A DNA stretch of 64,000 nucleotides, taken from Flavobacteriales bacterium. GTDB lineage: Bacteria > Bacteroidota > Bacteroidia > Flavobacteriales_E > Vicingaceae. The position numbers and the translations under genes are program-made. The stretch's first letter is position 1. Every line of letters starts with the position of its first letter. Positions 40,875 to 51,535 of this stretch are shown one piece after another. The stretch covers positions 31,471 through 95,470 of the forward strand of contig CAJPFH010000026.1 of NCBI GenBank assembly GCA_905339165.1. Reading direction: 5' to 3'. A model generated the notes under the pieces. That model made no database searches and had not been told where the DNA came from. It saw nothing but the letters and a program-made list of their open reading frames with translations.

Positions 40875-43238
40875 TTAAAAATTAAAATTCCACGTAATAG
40901 AAGGTATTATTCCAAATAATGAAACTTGTTTTGCTCTTAGTTTTAGTGTGCCGTCTAAGATATTTCCTTCGTTAGAAAAATAAATAAAGTAGGGATTGTA
41001 TCGGTGGTAAACATTATACACCGAAAAATTCCAGTTCGATTTAAATTTCTTTGTTTCCTTGCCTTTTAAAGTAAGAGAAAAATCGAGACGATGGTAGGAG
41101 GCCATTCGGTAGCTGTTACGTTCGGCATATTCGCTCACTAAATATCCGTTAATAGTGTACCTGGCTACAGGTAATGTAATGGCGTTGCCTGTACCATAAA
41201 CAAATGTGGTGGCAAACGTAAGTTTTTTGTTTATTTCGTAGATGCCTACAAAAGAGAGGTCGTGCCTTCGGTCGTATTTGGCGAAGAACTTATTTCCTTT
41301 ATTGATGGCATCGAATTGCCTCTCTGTCCAAGAAAGAGTGTAGCCAATCCAACCGTTTATTTTTCCGGTTGCTTTTTTAAGAAACAATTCGGCTCCGTAC
41401 GACCAGCCTTTGCCAAAGGTAAAACTGTTATCTACATTATCCGACATATTGCTTTCCGGAAGAGCTCCCTCTTTGTATTCGATTTGATTTTTCATTTCTT
41501 TATAATAAACTTCAAGAGAAGTTTCGAATGCATTGTCTTTAAAATTTCTAAAATATCCTAAGGCGTATTGTGTTCCAAACTGTGGTTTTACAATAGCAGA
41601 ACTAGGTACCCAAATATCGGTTGGAAGAGATACGGCAGAAAGAGAGGCTAAATGTATGTATTGGTAATTTTGAGTAAACGAGGCCTTTAATGAAGAAGTT
41701 TTGCCGGTAATATAGCGAACCGAAAAACGGGGCTCTAAATTGGGGTATGTTTTTACATTCTCACCTTTTTGGTAATATATCGTATCGGTGGTATTTTCAA
41801 ACTCGTCTTTCATGTATCGGTCGTATGGGCCTACTTGCTGAAATAATGAATATCTTAATCCGGCATGGAAGCGAAGTTTTTCTGTAAAATCATAATCATC
41901 AGAAAGGTATATCGCCAAATCGTGTGCATACTGTTTTATTATTTTTCCTTTGTCAAATTCAACATCGCCCGATTTGGCAGAAGCATTGCTAGGCACAAAA
42001 GTATGGTATGTATAATGGGTACCGAATTTTATATTATGTAAAATACTGGGGAAGTAATTAAAATCAAGCTTGCCACCGTAATCGCGAATACCTGAAAAAA
42101 GTTTAAATTCAAAATCTTGTTGTTCTAGCTCCACTACAAAGTTGTAATCGGTAAAAATGGCGGTGGCATTCATAAATAGCTTTTCGCTGAAAAGGTGATT
42201 CCATCTGGCGGTAGCGGTGGCATTTCCCCATGGGCTACGCATGATAAAACCATCGCGGTTGTTTTTAAAAGTAAATACATCGCGACCAAAATATCCGCTG
42301 AGAAAGAGGCGGTCTTTATCGCTCAACGTATAATTTAGTTTTGCATTAAAATCGTAAAAATAGTAGTTGCTGCCTTTAAAACGCGAAGTGCTTTTTACAA
42401 AGGGCTGGGCAAGGTCTCCTGCATAGGTTCTGCGTCCGGAAAGAATAAATGAACTGGTGTCTTTTTTTATAGGCCCTTGTATGGTAAGGCGAGAAGAAAT
42501 AATACCAATTCCTCCATCTACTTCCATTTTTTTTAGATTCCCTTCTTTCATGTTAATATCAAGTACCGAAGCTAGTCGCCCACCATATTGTGCAGGCATT
42601 CCGCCTTTTATGAGTTCTACATTTTTTATGGCATCGGAATTAAAAACCGAAAAAAAGCCAAAGAGGTGAGAGGCATTGTAAACGGGAGCCCCATCTAATA
42701 AAATAAGGTTTTGATCCGGGCCTCCTCCTCGTACATAAAACCCTGCATTTCCTTCGCCCGATGATTGGATGCCGGGTAAAAGTTGTATGGTTTTTAGTAT
42801 ATCTACTTCGCCAAAAAGAGCGGGCATTTCTTTTATTTGTTTCATCTCCATTTGCACGGTTCCCATTTGCGTACCTTGTGTGTTTTTATCTGTTTTTTCA
42901 TCGGTAACTTCAAAAACATCTGTTATAATGGTAGAAGTGGTAAGTTCTATTTTTAATTTCAGATTTGATTTTAGTTCAACTTTTTGAGTGTAGTCGCTGT
43001 AACCTAGGTAAGAAACCACCAGCGTGTAAGAACCCGGCTCAACCGATAATGAAAAAAAACCGTATTGGTTCGTGGCCGTACCCTTCATAATTTCTTTCAA
43101 ATACACATTAGCTCCAATGGCACTTTCTCCGTTGGTTTTATCGCTTACATAGCCACTGATGGTATATTTTGTTTGAGAGAAAATGGGGGAACAAACAGAA
43201 CTAAAAAGAAAGATAAAAGAAACAAAAAATAATTTCAT
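40875..43238 (-). CDS. TonB-dependent receptor with N-terminal carboxypeptidase-regulatory-like domain
   Basis: YTISGYVSD...GANVYLK CarbopepD_reg-like domain, plug, beta-barrel ending in aromatic residue F. Confidence 0.8.
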   Translation of the reverse strand: MKLFFVSFIFLFSSVCSPIFSQTKYTISGYVSDKTNGESAIGANVYLKEIMKGTATNQYGFFSLSVEPGSYTLVVSYLGYSDYTQKVELKSNLKLKIELTTSTIITDVFEVTDEKTDKNTQGTQMGTVQMEMKQIKEMPALFGEVDILKTIQLLPGIQSSGEGNAGFYVRGGGPDQNLILLDGAPVYNASHLFGFFSVFNSDAIKNVELIKGGMPAQYGGRLASVLDINMKEGNLKKMEVDGGIGIISSRLTIQGPIKKDTSSFILSGRRTYAGDLAQPFVKSTSRFKGSNYYFYDFNAKLNYTLSDKDRLFLSGYFGRDVFTFKNNRDGFIMRSPWGNATATARWNHLFSEKLFMNATAIFTDYNFVVELEQQDFEFKLFSGIRDYGGKLDFNYFPSILHNIKFGTHYTYHTFVPSNASAKSGDVEFDKGKIIKQYAHDLAIYLSDDYDFTEKLRFHAGLRYSLFQQVGPYDRYMKDEFENTTDTIYYQKGENVKTYPNLEPRFSVRYITGKTSSLKASFTQNYQYIHLASLSAVSLPTDIWVPSSAIVKPQFGTQYALGYFRNFKDNAFETSLEVYYKEMKNQIEYKEGALPESNMSDNVDNSFTFGKGWSYGAELFLKKATGKINGWIGYTLSWTERQFDAINKGNKFFAKYDRRHDLSFVGIYEINKKLTFATTFVYGTGNAITLPVARYTINGYLVSEYAERNSYRMASYHRLDFSLTLKGKETKKFKSNWNFSVYNVYHRYNPYFIYFSNEGNILDGTLKLRAKQVSLFGIIPSITWNFNF

Positions 43239-43363
43239 AAAAAAATCGTAAAAAAGGAGTGCAAAACTAAACTTTAACATGTACAAATCAATAAAGTTTA
43301 AACTAAAATTTAGAGCAGCTATTTTATATTAAATTGTATATTTGCCACCCTTAAAAGAAAAAT

Positions 43364-43437
43364 CGGGGCGTAGCTCAGCCCGGTAGAGTACACGTCTGGG
43401 GGGCGTGTGGTCGCAGGTTCAAATCCTGTCGCCCCGA
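43364..43437 (+). tRNA. tRNA-Pro (anticodon GGG)
   Basis: Hand-folded cloverleaf: acceptor CGGGGCG/CGCCCCG, anticodon loop CTGGGGG, T-loop GGTTCAAAT. Confidence 0.85.
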
Positions 43438-43442
43438 CATAG

Positions 43443-43467
43443 AAAGCCGCTTTTAAAAGCGGCTTTT
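43443..43467 (+). terminator. terminator hairpin after tRNA-Pro
   Basis: aaagccgcttttaaaagcggcttt. Confidence 0.6.
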
Positions 43468-43596
43468 ACATTTCATTTCTACACCAAATAAGGGTACAAA
43501 TCAATGGCATACACTTTTTCTTTTGCAATAATATCTTAAAGTACTACTTTTGATACCGTTTTAATTTCAGCATACTTAAAAAAACAAAAATAAATT

Positions 43597-44475
43597 ATGA
43601 GTGTATTAGTAAATAAAAAATCGAAAGTAATAGTACAAGGATTTACAGGCGGAGAAGGCACCTTCCATGCCGAACAAATGATAGCCTACGGAACCAATGT
43701 GGTAGGAGGGGTTACTCCAGGAAAAGGAGGGCAAACCCACCTTAATAAACCTGTTTTTAATACAGTAAGCGAAGCAGTTAAAAATACAGGGGCCAATGTT
43801 TCCATTATTTTTGTTCCACCCGCATTTGCAGCCGATTCTATTATGGAAGCAGCCGAAGCCGGAATAGAGGTTATAGTTTGTATTACAGAGGGAATTCCTA
43901 CCAAAGATATGATACAGGTAAAAGAATACTTAAAAGGCAAAAATTCAAGATTAATAGGGCCCAATTGTCCGGGTATTATTACTGCTGAAGAAGCTAAAGT
44001 GGGCATTATGCCGGGCTTTGTGTTTAAAAAAGGTAGGATTGGCATTGTTTCAAAATCCGGAACTCTCACTTATGAAGCAGCCGACCAGGTTGTAAAAGCA
44101 GGACTGGGCATTTCTACAGCCATAGGAATAGGAGGAGACCCCATAATAGGAACAACCACCAAAGAAGCCGTAGAACTTTTTATGAATGACCCTGAAACCG
44201 ATGGCATTGTAATGATTGGAGAAATTGGAGGAGGTATGGAAGCCGAAGCAGCCCGCTGGATAAAAGAAAACAACAGAAAACCGGTGGTAGGATTTATTGC
44301 CGGCCAAACCGCTCCTCCGGGAAGAAGAATGGGGCATGCCGGAGCTATTGTGGGTGGAGCTGATGATACCGCTGCTGCCAAAATGAAAATAATGCGTGAA
44401 TGTGGCATTACTGTAGTTGAATCTCCGGCTGTAATTGGTAAAGCCATGGCCGAAAAACTGAGTGTTAAAGCATAA
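43597..44475 (+). CDS. sucD: succinate--CoA ligase subunit alpha
   Basis: [11 protein letters not shown], catalytic-His region GHAGAIV. Confidence 0.93.
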   Translation: MSVLVNKKSKVIVQGFTGGEGTFHAEQMIAYGTNVVGGVTPGKGGQTHLNKPVFNTVSEAVKNTGANVSIIFVPPAFAADSIMEAAEAGIEVIVCITEGIPTKDMIQVKEYLKGKNSRLIGPNCPGIITAEEAKVGIMPGFVFKKGRIGIVSKSGTLTYEAADQVVKAGLGISTAIGIGGDPIIGTTTKEAVELFMNDPETDGIVMIGEIGGGMEAEAARWIKENNRKPVVGFIAGQTAPPGRRMGHAGAIVGGADDTAAAKMKIMRECGITVVESPAVIGKAMAEKLSVKA

Positions 44476-44495
44476 ACCGATTAAATAATTACTGA

Positions 44496-45242
44496 ATGAA
44501 ATTATTAGAGGGTAAAGTAGCCTTGGTTACCGGAGGAAACAGAGGCATAGGGAAAGCGGTAGCGGTAGAATTCGCCAAACATGGGGCTAAAGTAGCCTTT
44601 ACCTATGTGAGCGAAGGAAACAGCTATCAAGATACACTCAATAGTATTACAGCATTGGGCAGCTTTGCAAAAGCCTATCAATCGAATGCAGCCGATTATT
44701 CGGCTGCAGAAAAACTCATTAATGATGTAATGACGGATTTCGGAAAAATAGATATTTGCGTTAATAATGCCGGAATAACCCGAGATGGATTACTGATGAG
44801 AATGAGCGAAGCCGATTGGGATAATGTTATTACCACCAATTTAAAGTCGGTTTTTAATATTACCAAAGCCGTAATGAAACCCATGATGAAACAACGAAAC
44901 GGTTCTATCATTAATATGAGTTCGGTGGTAGGTATTGAAGGCAACGGAGGGCAAAGTAATTATGCCGCCTCTAAAGCAGGAATCATAGGGTTTTCAAAAT
45001 CAATTGCTATTGAAATAGGTTCACGAAATGTACGCACCAATGTAATAGCTCCGGGCTTTATTGAAACCGATATGACTGCCAAGTTAGACCCTGCCGTAAA
45101 AGAAAACTGGATAAAAGATATTCCGTTAAATCGAATAGGAATACCCGAAGATGTAGCTAATGTGGCAGTTTTCCTTGCTTCAGATTTATCTTCGTACGTA
45201 AACGGACAGGTTATTCCTGTGTGTGGAGGAATGGTTACTTAA
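44496..45242 (+). CDS. fabG: 3-oxoacyl-ACP reductase
   Basis: VTGGNRGIGKA, NAG, YAASKAG SDR motifs. Confidence 0.9.
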   Translation: MKLLEGKVALVTGGNRGIGKAVAVEFAKHGAKVAFTYVSEGNSYQDTLNSITALGSFAKAYQSNAADYSAAEKLINDVMTDFGKIDICVNNAGITRDGLLMRMSEADWDNVITTNLKSVFNITKAVMKPMMKQRNGSIINMSSVVGIEGNGGQSNYAASKAGIIGFSKSIAIEIGSRNVRTNVIAPGFIETDMTAKLDPAVKENWIKDIPLNRIGIPEDVANVAVFLASDLSSYVNGQVIPVCGGMVT

Positions 45243-47338
45243 TGTTCATTTTATCCGTGAATCTGATAACCGAAAACTCTTTGTGGCTAAGCCTTCTTTG
45301 CGTTCTTCTTGGAGTTTTTTATTCGATATTACTCTACTATAAAAGCAAAATTGAAATGCCCGCCTATGTTAAAATGGCGGTTGCATTTTTTCGTTTTATA
45401 CTGGTTTCTTTTTTAGCCTTTCTGCTCTTAAATCCTCTTCTTAAAATTTTAGTAAGAACTATAGAAAAACCTATTATTGTATTCGCTCATGACAACTCCC
45501 AGTCCTTAGTATTATCAAAGGATTCTTCATTTTACCAAACAGTATACAAAGAGAAGCTTGCTCGCTTGAAAGAAAAACTAGAAGACCGATTCGAAGTACA
45601 GTTTTATTCGTTTGGCGAATCTGTATGGCTTAATGATTCGCTGACTTTTACAGAGAAAACTACGGATATTTCTTCTGTTATAGAAGAAGTTACCAATAAA
45701 TACAGCAATCGAAATTTAGGAGCATTTATTTTAGCTAGTGACGGTATTTTTAATAAAGGCGAAAACCCTTTGTATGCAAACTATGATTTAACCGCTCCAT
45801 TATATACCATAGCCTTAGGTGATACTGCTATTCGGAAAGATATGGTTGTGAAGAAGGTATATACTAATCGATTTGCATATTTAGGGAATAAATTTCCGGT
45901 ACAAATAGATGTTAAAGCTCATAAATGCAGAAACGAAACAACTCTGCTCAAAATTATACAGGGAAAGGAAATACTGCATTCTAAAACGATTGAAATAAAC
46001 AACAATGATTTTTTTCAGTCGTTTACTTTTTTACTAGAGGCAAATAAAAAAGGAATACAGCGATATAGGGTAGTGTTAGAACCCGTAAAAAACGAGATAA
46101 GTTTAACCAACAACACGAAAGATTTTTTAATTGAAATAATAGATGGTCGGCAGAAAATACTGATACTAGCTAATGCCCCACACCCCGATATTGCGGCCAT
46201 AAAACAAGCTATTGATGCCAACATAAATTTCGAAACCAAGGTGATGTATGCCGATGAGGTAATTAATGAAAACGAGAAATATAATCTGTGTATATTACAT
46301 CAGTTGCCAAGCACAAAAATTAGTTCTTCGAGTTCACTCATAAAAAAGATTTTAAACTCAAACACTTCGCTTTGGTACATTATAGGAACAGCCACCAATC
46401 TGAATGATTTTAACACATTAAACTCCGGTATTTCAATTACCCCTACCGGTCCTAAATTGAATAATGCCACGCCTATTTTAAATACCACGTTCTCCTTATT
46501 TACTTTTGGCGATGAGAACAAAAAAATATTAGAAAAATTCCCGCCTTTATACACTCCCTTCGGGAATTATAAATTAAACGGAAATCCCTACGTTTTTTTA
46601 AAACAAAAAATAGGCTCAGTTAAAACAGAAACCCCCTTGTTTGTTTTTTCTGTTACCAGCGATAGAAAAACAGCCGTTACAACTGGTGAAGGGGTATGGC
46701 GTTGGAGAATATATAATTACAAAGAAGCCGGAAACTATATCTGTTTTAATGAAATGGTATCAAAAACAGTTCAGTTTCTATCGGTGCATATAGATAAGAG
46801 TAGGTTTAAAGTTGTTTTAAAGGATAGCTATTTAGAAAATGAACCCATTTTAATAGAGGCAGAAAGCTATAACGAAAGTTTTGAATTGGTAAACGAAAAT
46901 GAAGTACAAATTGTTATTACAGATTCCAAGAATAAAAAATACCCCTTTACTTTTAGCAAAACAACACAGGCCTATTTTTTGAATGCAGGAATATTGCCCG
47001 TAGGCAATTATACATACAAAGCAGTAGTTAAAAGTGCAGGAAAAGAATTGGTAGAACAAGGCAGTTTTACGGTAGATGCTATACAAATAGAATCCGTAGA
47101 ATTAACAGCAAACCACAATCTGCTTTATGCCTTAAGCGAAAGATATAATGGAGGAATGTATATGCCAAAGGATTTGGAGCAGATGTACAACGATATATCC
47201 TCTAGAAAGAACTTATTTAACGTATCTTATTCCGAAAATAAGTTTACAGATATTATAAATATGAAATGGGTATTTTTTGTTTTAATGGCACTTGTTTCAA
47301 TAGAATGGTTTTTTCGGAAATACTTTGGGGGATATTAA
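45242..47338 (+). CDS. large membrane-anchored hypothetical protein (N-terminal double-TM anchor, C-terminal TM; BatA-like architecture)
   Basis: Two N-terminal TM helices, long soluble region, C-terminal TM; start overlaps fabG stop (TAATG). Confidence 0.5.
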   Translation: MFILSVNLITENSLWLSLLCVLLGVFYSILLYYKSKIEMPAYVKMAVAFFRFILVSFLAFLLLNPLLKILVRTIEKPIIVFAHDNSQSLVLSKDSSFYQTVYKEKLARLKEKLEDRFEVQFYSFGESVWLNDSLTFTEKTTDISSVIEEVTNKYSNRNLGAFILASDGIFNKGENPLYANYDLTAPLYTIALGDTAIRKDMVVKKVYTNRFAYLGNKFPVQIDVKAHKCRNETTLLKIIQGKEILHSKTIEINNNDFFQSFTFLLEANKKGIQRYRVVLEPVKNEISLTNNTKDFLIEIIDGRQKILILANAPHPDIAAIKQAIDANINFETKVMYADEVINENEKYNLCILHQLPSTKISSSSSLIKKILNSNTSLWYIIGTATNLNDFNTLNSGISITPTGPKLNNATPILNTTFSLFTFGDENKKILEKFPPLYTPFGNYKLNGNPYVFLKQKIGSVKTETPLFVFSVTSDRKTAVTTGEGVWRWRIYNYKEAGNYICFNEMVSKTVQFLSVHIDKSRFKVVLKDSYLENEPILIEAESYNESFELVNENEVQIVITDSKNKKYPFTFSKTTQAYFLNAGILPVGNYTYKAVVKSAGKELVEQGSFTVDAIQIESVELTANHNLLYALSERYNGGMYMPKDLEQMYNDISSRKNLFNVSYSENKFTDIINMKWVFFVLMALVSIEWFFRKYFGGY

Positions 47339-47469
47339 TTTTTATATTTTCTGCCTGATTGTTTGTAAGTAAAGTAACTTTGCAAAATAGTTAGCGTTAA
47401 ATACCTCAACTGATTTTAGATTAATTCATATTTTTTTATAAAATTTGCTTACCAATTCAAAAGTTAAAG

Positions 47470-47634
47470 ATGAAACCACTAAATATAAAACGAGTTCTAT
47501 TTATTTTGCTGTGCGTGGCAGCTACTTGTTTTATTGCAGAATCTTGTTCATCCGGCAAAAAAAAATATAGGGTACGTTCCGGTTCCGGAATGGGTAATCC
47601 CAAAAATAAGAATCGCCACGTTTGGGGTAAATAG
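47470..47634 (+). CDS. small putative lipoprotein (54 aa), not in ORF track
   Basis: Own translation MKPLNIKRVLFILLCVAATCFIAESCSSGKKKYRVRSGSGMGNPKNKNRHVWGK. Confidence 0.3.
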   Translation: MKPLNIKRVLFILLCVAATCFIAESCSSGKKKYRVRSGSGMGNPKNKNRHVWGK

Positions 47635-47648
47635 CATAGTTTAAGGTA

Positions 47649-48362
47649 ATGGATTTTCTCTTTGCCCCCGAAATATGGATTAGTCTATTAACACTTACTT
47701 TTCTTGAAGTAGTTTTAGGAATAGATAATATTATTTTTATTTCTATTATTGCCGATAGGCTTCCTAAAGATCGCCAATCAAAAGCCAGAACTGTAGGTTT
47801 GGTATTGGCCATTTTTGTTCGAGTACTTCTTTTAATGGGTTTATCGTACTTATCTCATTTAACCAAATCGCTATTTACCATTTTTGACTTTGATGTTACC
47901 ATCAGAGACTTAATTCTAATCATAGGAGGTTTGTTTTTACTGGCAAAAAGTACTTCAGAACTACATGCAAAAGTAAAAGGGTTAGAACATGACGAGGAGA
48001 ATAAAAAAATGGGACAAAAATTAACTTTTTCAAACGCCATACTACAAATCATTATGCTCGATGTAGTTTTCTCGTTCGATTCAATATTAACGGCTGTTGG
48101 CTTATCTAATCAGATTGGAATAATGATTACTGCTGTTGTTATTTCGCTGTTTGTGATGTTGTCTTTTTCTGCTCGCATTAGCAATTTTATTAATACGTTT
48201 CCAACCATTAAAGTATTAGCACTTTCCTTTTTATTAATGATAGGAACTCTTTTAATTTTAGATGGGTTTCATGTAGATGTACCCAAGGGATATATCTACT
48301 TTTCTTTAGCGTTTTCTCTTTTCGTAGAGTTTATAAATCTGAGAGTACGCAAAAAAGAGTAA
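47649..48362 (+). CDS. TerC-family integral membrane protein
   Basis: LEVVLGIDNIIFISIIADRLP TerC motif, 237 aa. Confidence 0.85.
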   Translation: MDFLFAPEIWISLLTLTFLEVVLGIDNIIFISIIADRLPKDRQSKARTVGLVLAIFVRVLLLMGLSYLSHLTKSLFTIFDFDVTIRDLILIIGGLFLLAKSTSELHAKVKGLEHDEENKKMGQKLTFSNAILQIIMLDVVFSFDSILTAVGLSNQIGIMITAVVISLFVMLSFSARISNFINTFPTIKVLALSFLLMIGTLLILDGFHVDVPKGYIYFSLAFSLFVEFINLRVRKKE

Positions 48363-48363
48363 G

Positions 48364-48987
48364 CTATTTATCTTTTATACAACGCACCGAAAGCCCCACC
48401 CATTTGTAATTGTGCATTCGGTGTAATACAACAAACTCGCTACCTACTAAGTAATACCACGCAAAATCTGCACCTACATCGGTGTTGCTCCAAAAAGCAC
48501 CATGTGTGCCAAGCATTCCAAAAACACCATCAATACCGCACCCACCACCCGGAAGAGCCCCGAATCCAGTAGCATTTGAACCATTTCCACCTTCTTCCCA
48601 TCCGTTTATATTTTTAAGTTTATACCCAGCCGAATCGTTACCCAAGTACGCTATCAAGTCGGTAAATTCTTTATCGCTCGGTATATGAAATCCTTTAGGA
48701 GCAAGGCCTCTTGGGTCGTTAATAGCAAACCAGTTGTAAAGTTTTCCGTATTTCTTGGCGTAGGTTGTATCATAATAATAGTGGCAGTACGCAGGCATTC
48801 GTTCTTTGGTAGCTTTTTCCCAATCGTAAATATTGCTTGCTTCCATAATTTTATCTCCGTTTCGGAAAGTAGTGGTATTTAGGTTTTCGACAGTCCATTT
48901 TTGAGCACCTATTTTTACTGTTTTTACTGCACTTCCGCAAGAAACCAAAAGAGCTGCGGCAACAACATAATAAATTACATTTTTCAT
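48364..48987 (-). CDS. Fibrobacter-succinogenes-major-paralogous-domain (FISUMP) lipoprotein
   Basis: KIGAQKWTVENLN...GKLYNW...GFHIPSDKEF signature. Confidence 0.65.
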   Translation of the reverse strand: MKNVIYYVVAAALLVSCGSAVKTVKIGAQKWTVENLNTTTFRNGDKIMEASNIYDWEKATKERMPAYCHYYYDTTYAKKYGKLYNWFAINDPRGLAPKGFHIPSDKEFTDLIAYLGNDSAGYKLKNINGWEEGGNGSNATGFGALPGGGCGIDGVFGMLGTHGAFWSNTDVGADFAWYYLVGSEFVVLHRMHNYKWVGLSVRCIKDK

Positions 48988-49009
48988 AGAATTAATTTTT
49001 ACCGGATGG

Positions 49010-49450
49010 TTAGTTTTTATAATTTTCGATAGAACTTAACAATATTTTACTTTTTGCAAATTGCCCACTGCCGTGTGCTAGTAACCGTTTTTTTTCATCG
49101 AACAATTCGGCCTTTGCCGTTAACATGTTTAGGCTCGAAAACAGCAATGAGCCTTTAGATGTGATAACCCCGCTGTTTACCGGACGAAGCAGGTGAATAT
49201 TAAACTGTGTGGTTAGTACAAATACATCATGAACCACTGAATTGGCGGCAAAAAATGCAGCATCATCTAATAGTTTAAAATAAACAGAACCATGCAGGGC
49301 ATTGGCCGCATGAAAAAATGAGGGGTTTACTTTAATGCTTATTTCGGAAAATTTTTTGCGAATGAGAATAGTAGGTTTGTACCAATCATTTATGTTTGCA
49401 CTCAGGTACATGGCTTCTAGCTTTTTAAAGTGAGATTCCCAATCCATCAC
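49010..49450 (-). CDS. hotdog-fold (PaaI-type) thioesterase
   Basis: 146 aa, hotdog-fold pattern. Confidence 0.55.
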   Translation of the reverse strand: MMDWESHFKKLEAMYLSANINDWYKPTILIRKKFSEISIKVNPSFFHAANALHGSVYFKLLDDAAFFAANSVVHDVFVLTTQFNIHLLRPVNSGVITSKGSLLFSSLNMLTAKAELFDEKKRLLAHGSGQFAKSKILLSSIENYKN

Positions 49451-50163
49451 ATAAAAGTATAAAAATCTTTGCTTAATTCGGTGTATTCTTCTGTATATGT
49501 TTTAATATCCTTCATAATGGTAAGGTGTGTTACGTAGGGAGAGGTGTAGATATCAGAAAATTCACAAATAATTCTGAAAGGTTTCTTGTGTGGCAAAGCA
49601 CTTATATTAGTTATTCTTTGCTGGTAGAAACCCTGAGAGAGTGCAGCAGAAAAAATTTTTGTTTTATATTCAAAAGGGAAAATAAGAGTAATCTTTCCTC
49701 TATGCATAAGGTGGTGTTTGGCAAAAACGAAGATATCATGGTATTCCATTTTTACAGTATGTCTGGCTATCTTTTTTTTAATTTCAGTGGCTGGCAGCGA
49801 TTGCATAAAATAAGGAGGATTGCTGATAATGTGCGAGTATTTTACGTTTGGTTTAAATTGTTGTAGTTCGAGATGAAAAAGTTGAAAACGATCTCTCCAT
49901 TTACTGTTTCTAAAATTAACATGGGCTTCGGCAACCGATTTAGCTTCCGTTTCAATGGCATGAATAGTGGCATTGCTTCTTTGTGCAGCCATCAAAGCAA
50001 TAATTCCACATCCTGTGCCAATATCTAAAATAAAAGTATCGCTAGAGAAGTTTGCCCATGCACCGCAAATAATGGCGTCAGTATTTACTTTTATTCCTCC
50101 GGAACCGTGGTAAAGTTTAAACTGTTTAAATTTAAAAAGATCAGGCATTTCTGTACATTTCAA
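49447..50163 (-). CDS. tRNA (adenine-N6)-methyltransferase-like small-domain MTase
   Basis: SAM motif DIGTGCGIIALM, NPPYF catalytic motif. Confidence 0.65.
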   Translation of the reverse strand: MKCTEMPDLFKFKQFKLYHGSGGIKVNTDAIICGAWANFSSDTFILDIGTGCGIIALMAAQRSNATIHAIETEAKSVAEAHVNFRNSKWRDRFQLFHLELQQFKPNVKYSHIISNPPYFMQSLPATEIKKKIARHTVKMEYHDIFVFAKHHLMHRGKITLIFPFEYKTKIFSAALSQGFYQQRITNISALPHKKPFRIICEFSDIYTSPYVTHLTIMKDIKTYTEEYTELSKDFYTFM

Positions 50164-50683
50164 CCAAGCCTTCCGGAGTGTTTATGTGCAGTTCTTTTTC
50201 TTTACGTTTTACTTTTTCAATAATCTCATCGGTAATGGGAACTAAAATAACGGCACCATGCTGAGATATTTCTATTACCGACTGAGCAGGATAATCGAAA
50301 ATTTTACTAATCTGTCCTAAATGCCCGTGTTTAGTGTCAATTACCGAAAAACCTATTATTTCGTGATGGTAAAACTTTTTGCCGCTTAACTTAGGAAGTT
50401 TGTTTAAGGGTAAGTACAATTCTTTTGAAACAAGGGATTTTGCACTCTCTACGGTATTTATACCTTCAAACCTCCACCGCACTTGTTTTTTGTGCATAGG
50501 CAAGCTATCTGTAACAAAAAAAGGAATCAGTTGTTCTTCGCTTTGATTTAAACGAACAAGTACTGATTCCGTCTTATAATAATTTTCCGGATTATCTACA
50601 TCGAGTTTAGCTATGACTTCTCCTTGTTTTCCATGAATCTTAACAATGAAACCGAGGTAAAAACAATCAGAAGTACTAAACAT
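50141..50683 (-). CDS. rimM: 16S rRNA processing protein RimM
   Basis: GFIVKIHGKQGEV...PRC-barrel C-terminus. Confidence 0.8.
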   Translation of the reverse strand: MFSTSDCFYLGFIVKIHGKQGEVIAKLDVDNPENYYKTESVLVRLNQSEEQLIPFFVTDSLPMHKKQVRWRFEGINTVESAKSLVSKELYLPLNKLPKLSGKKFYHHEIIGFSVIDTKHGHLGQISKIFDYPAQSVIEISQHGAVILVPITDEIIEKVKRKEKELHINTPEGLVEMYRNA

Positions 50684-50692
50684 CTGCTTTGT

Positions 50693-51241
50693 TTATTCTG
50701 CAGCAGGTGTACTCTCTTCGCTGGTATTATTCGATTGAGCAGCCTCTTCGGGTTGCGTAGCTGCTACTTCGGTTTCGGCTGCCACTTTATTTTTTGCTTC
50801 AATAGCTGCTGCTTTTTTGCGGTTAGCTTCTTGTTCTGCAGCTAATTGTTGAGCTCTGCGTTGAGAAGCATCACTGCTTAATCTTGTTTTTTTGCCTTCT
50901 ATCTTTGATGATTTTTCGTTTAGCCATGCTTCAAATTTCTTTTCAGCTTGTTCTTCGGTAAGTGCACCTTTTCTAACACCTACTTCTAAGTGATACTTGT
51001 GCAGAACCCCTTTATAAGAAAGAATGGCTTTAGTGGTGTCGGTGGGTTGTGCCCCTTTGCGGACCCAACTTAGGGCAGCGTTAAAGTCTAATTCAATAGT
51101 AGCCGGATTGGTGTTTGGATTGTAAGTGCCTATTTTTTCAATAAACTTTCCATCACGAGGTGCACGACCGTCCGCTACAACAATATGAAAAAAAGCGTAT
51201 CCTTTTTTTCCATGTCTTTGCAATCTGATTTTTGTTGGCAT
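50693..51241 (-). CDS. rpsP: 30S ribosomal protein S16 with Ala/Glu/Lys-rich C-terminal extension
   Basis: [42 protein letters not shown]; ORF extension to 51343 judged spurious. Confidence 0.88.
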   Translation of the reverse strand: MPTKIRLQRHGKKGYAFFHIVVADGRAPRDGKFIEKIGTYNPNTNPATIELDFNAALSWVRKGAQPTDTTKAILSYKGVLHKYHLEVGVRKGALTEEQAEKKFEAWLNEKSSKIEGKKTRLSSDASQRRAQQLAAEQEANRKKAAAIEAKNKVAAETEVAATQPEEAAQSNNTSEESTPAAE

Positions 51242-51535
51242 AATCTGTTTTTTTAATTTGGGCTGCAAATGTCGTGTTTTTCTTTTAATGTGCAAATTTT
51301 TATGCACTTTAAATAAGCAACAAACAATTTTTACAAAAGGCATAGAAGGATATGTTGTTCTGTAAATATTGTATGGAAGGGATATTGTTTAGTGTTTTTT
51401 ATGAGATATGTCTAAATGGTAAATATTTTTAAGCCACAAGCACTGTAAAATAAGCATTTTTTTAAAGGAGGTATGTAACTCAGTTACATTTTCGTATGTT
51501 TGTTGCTCGTAAGTATAAATTATTTGTATCAGAAA

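Noticed and set aside
47339-47648. yybP-ykoY Mn riboswitch ahead of terC
   Set aside because: Could not find the conserved riboswitch core by eye; needs a covariance-model search.
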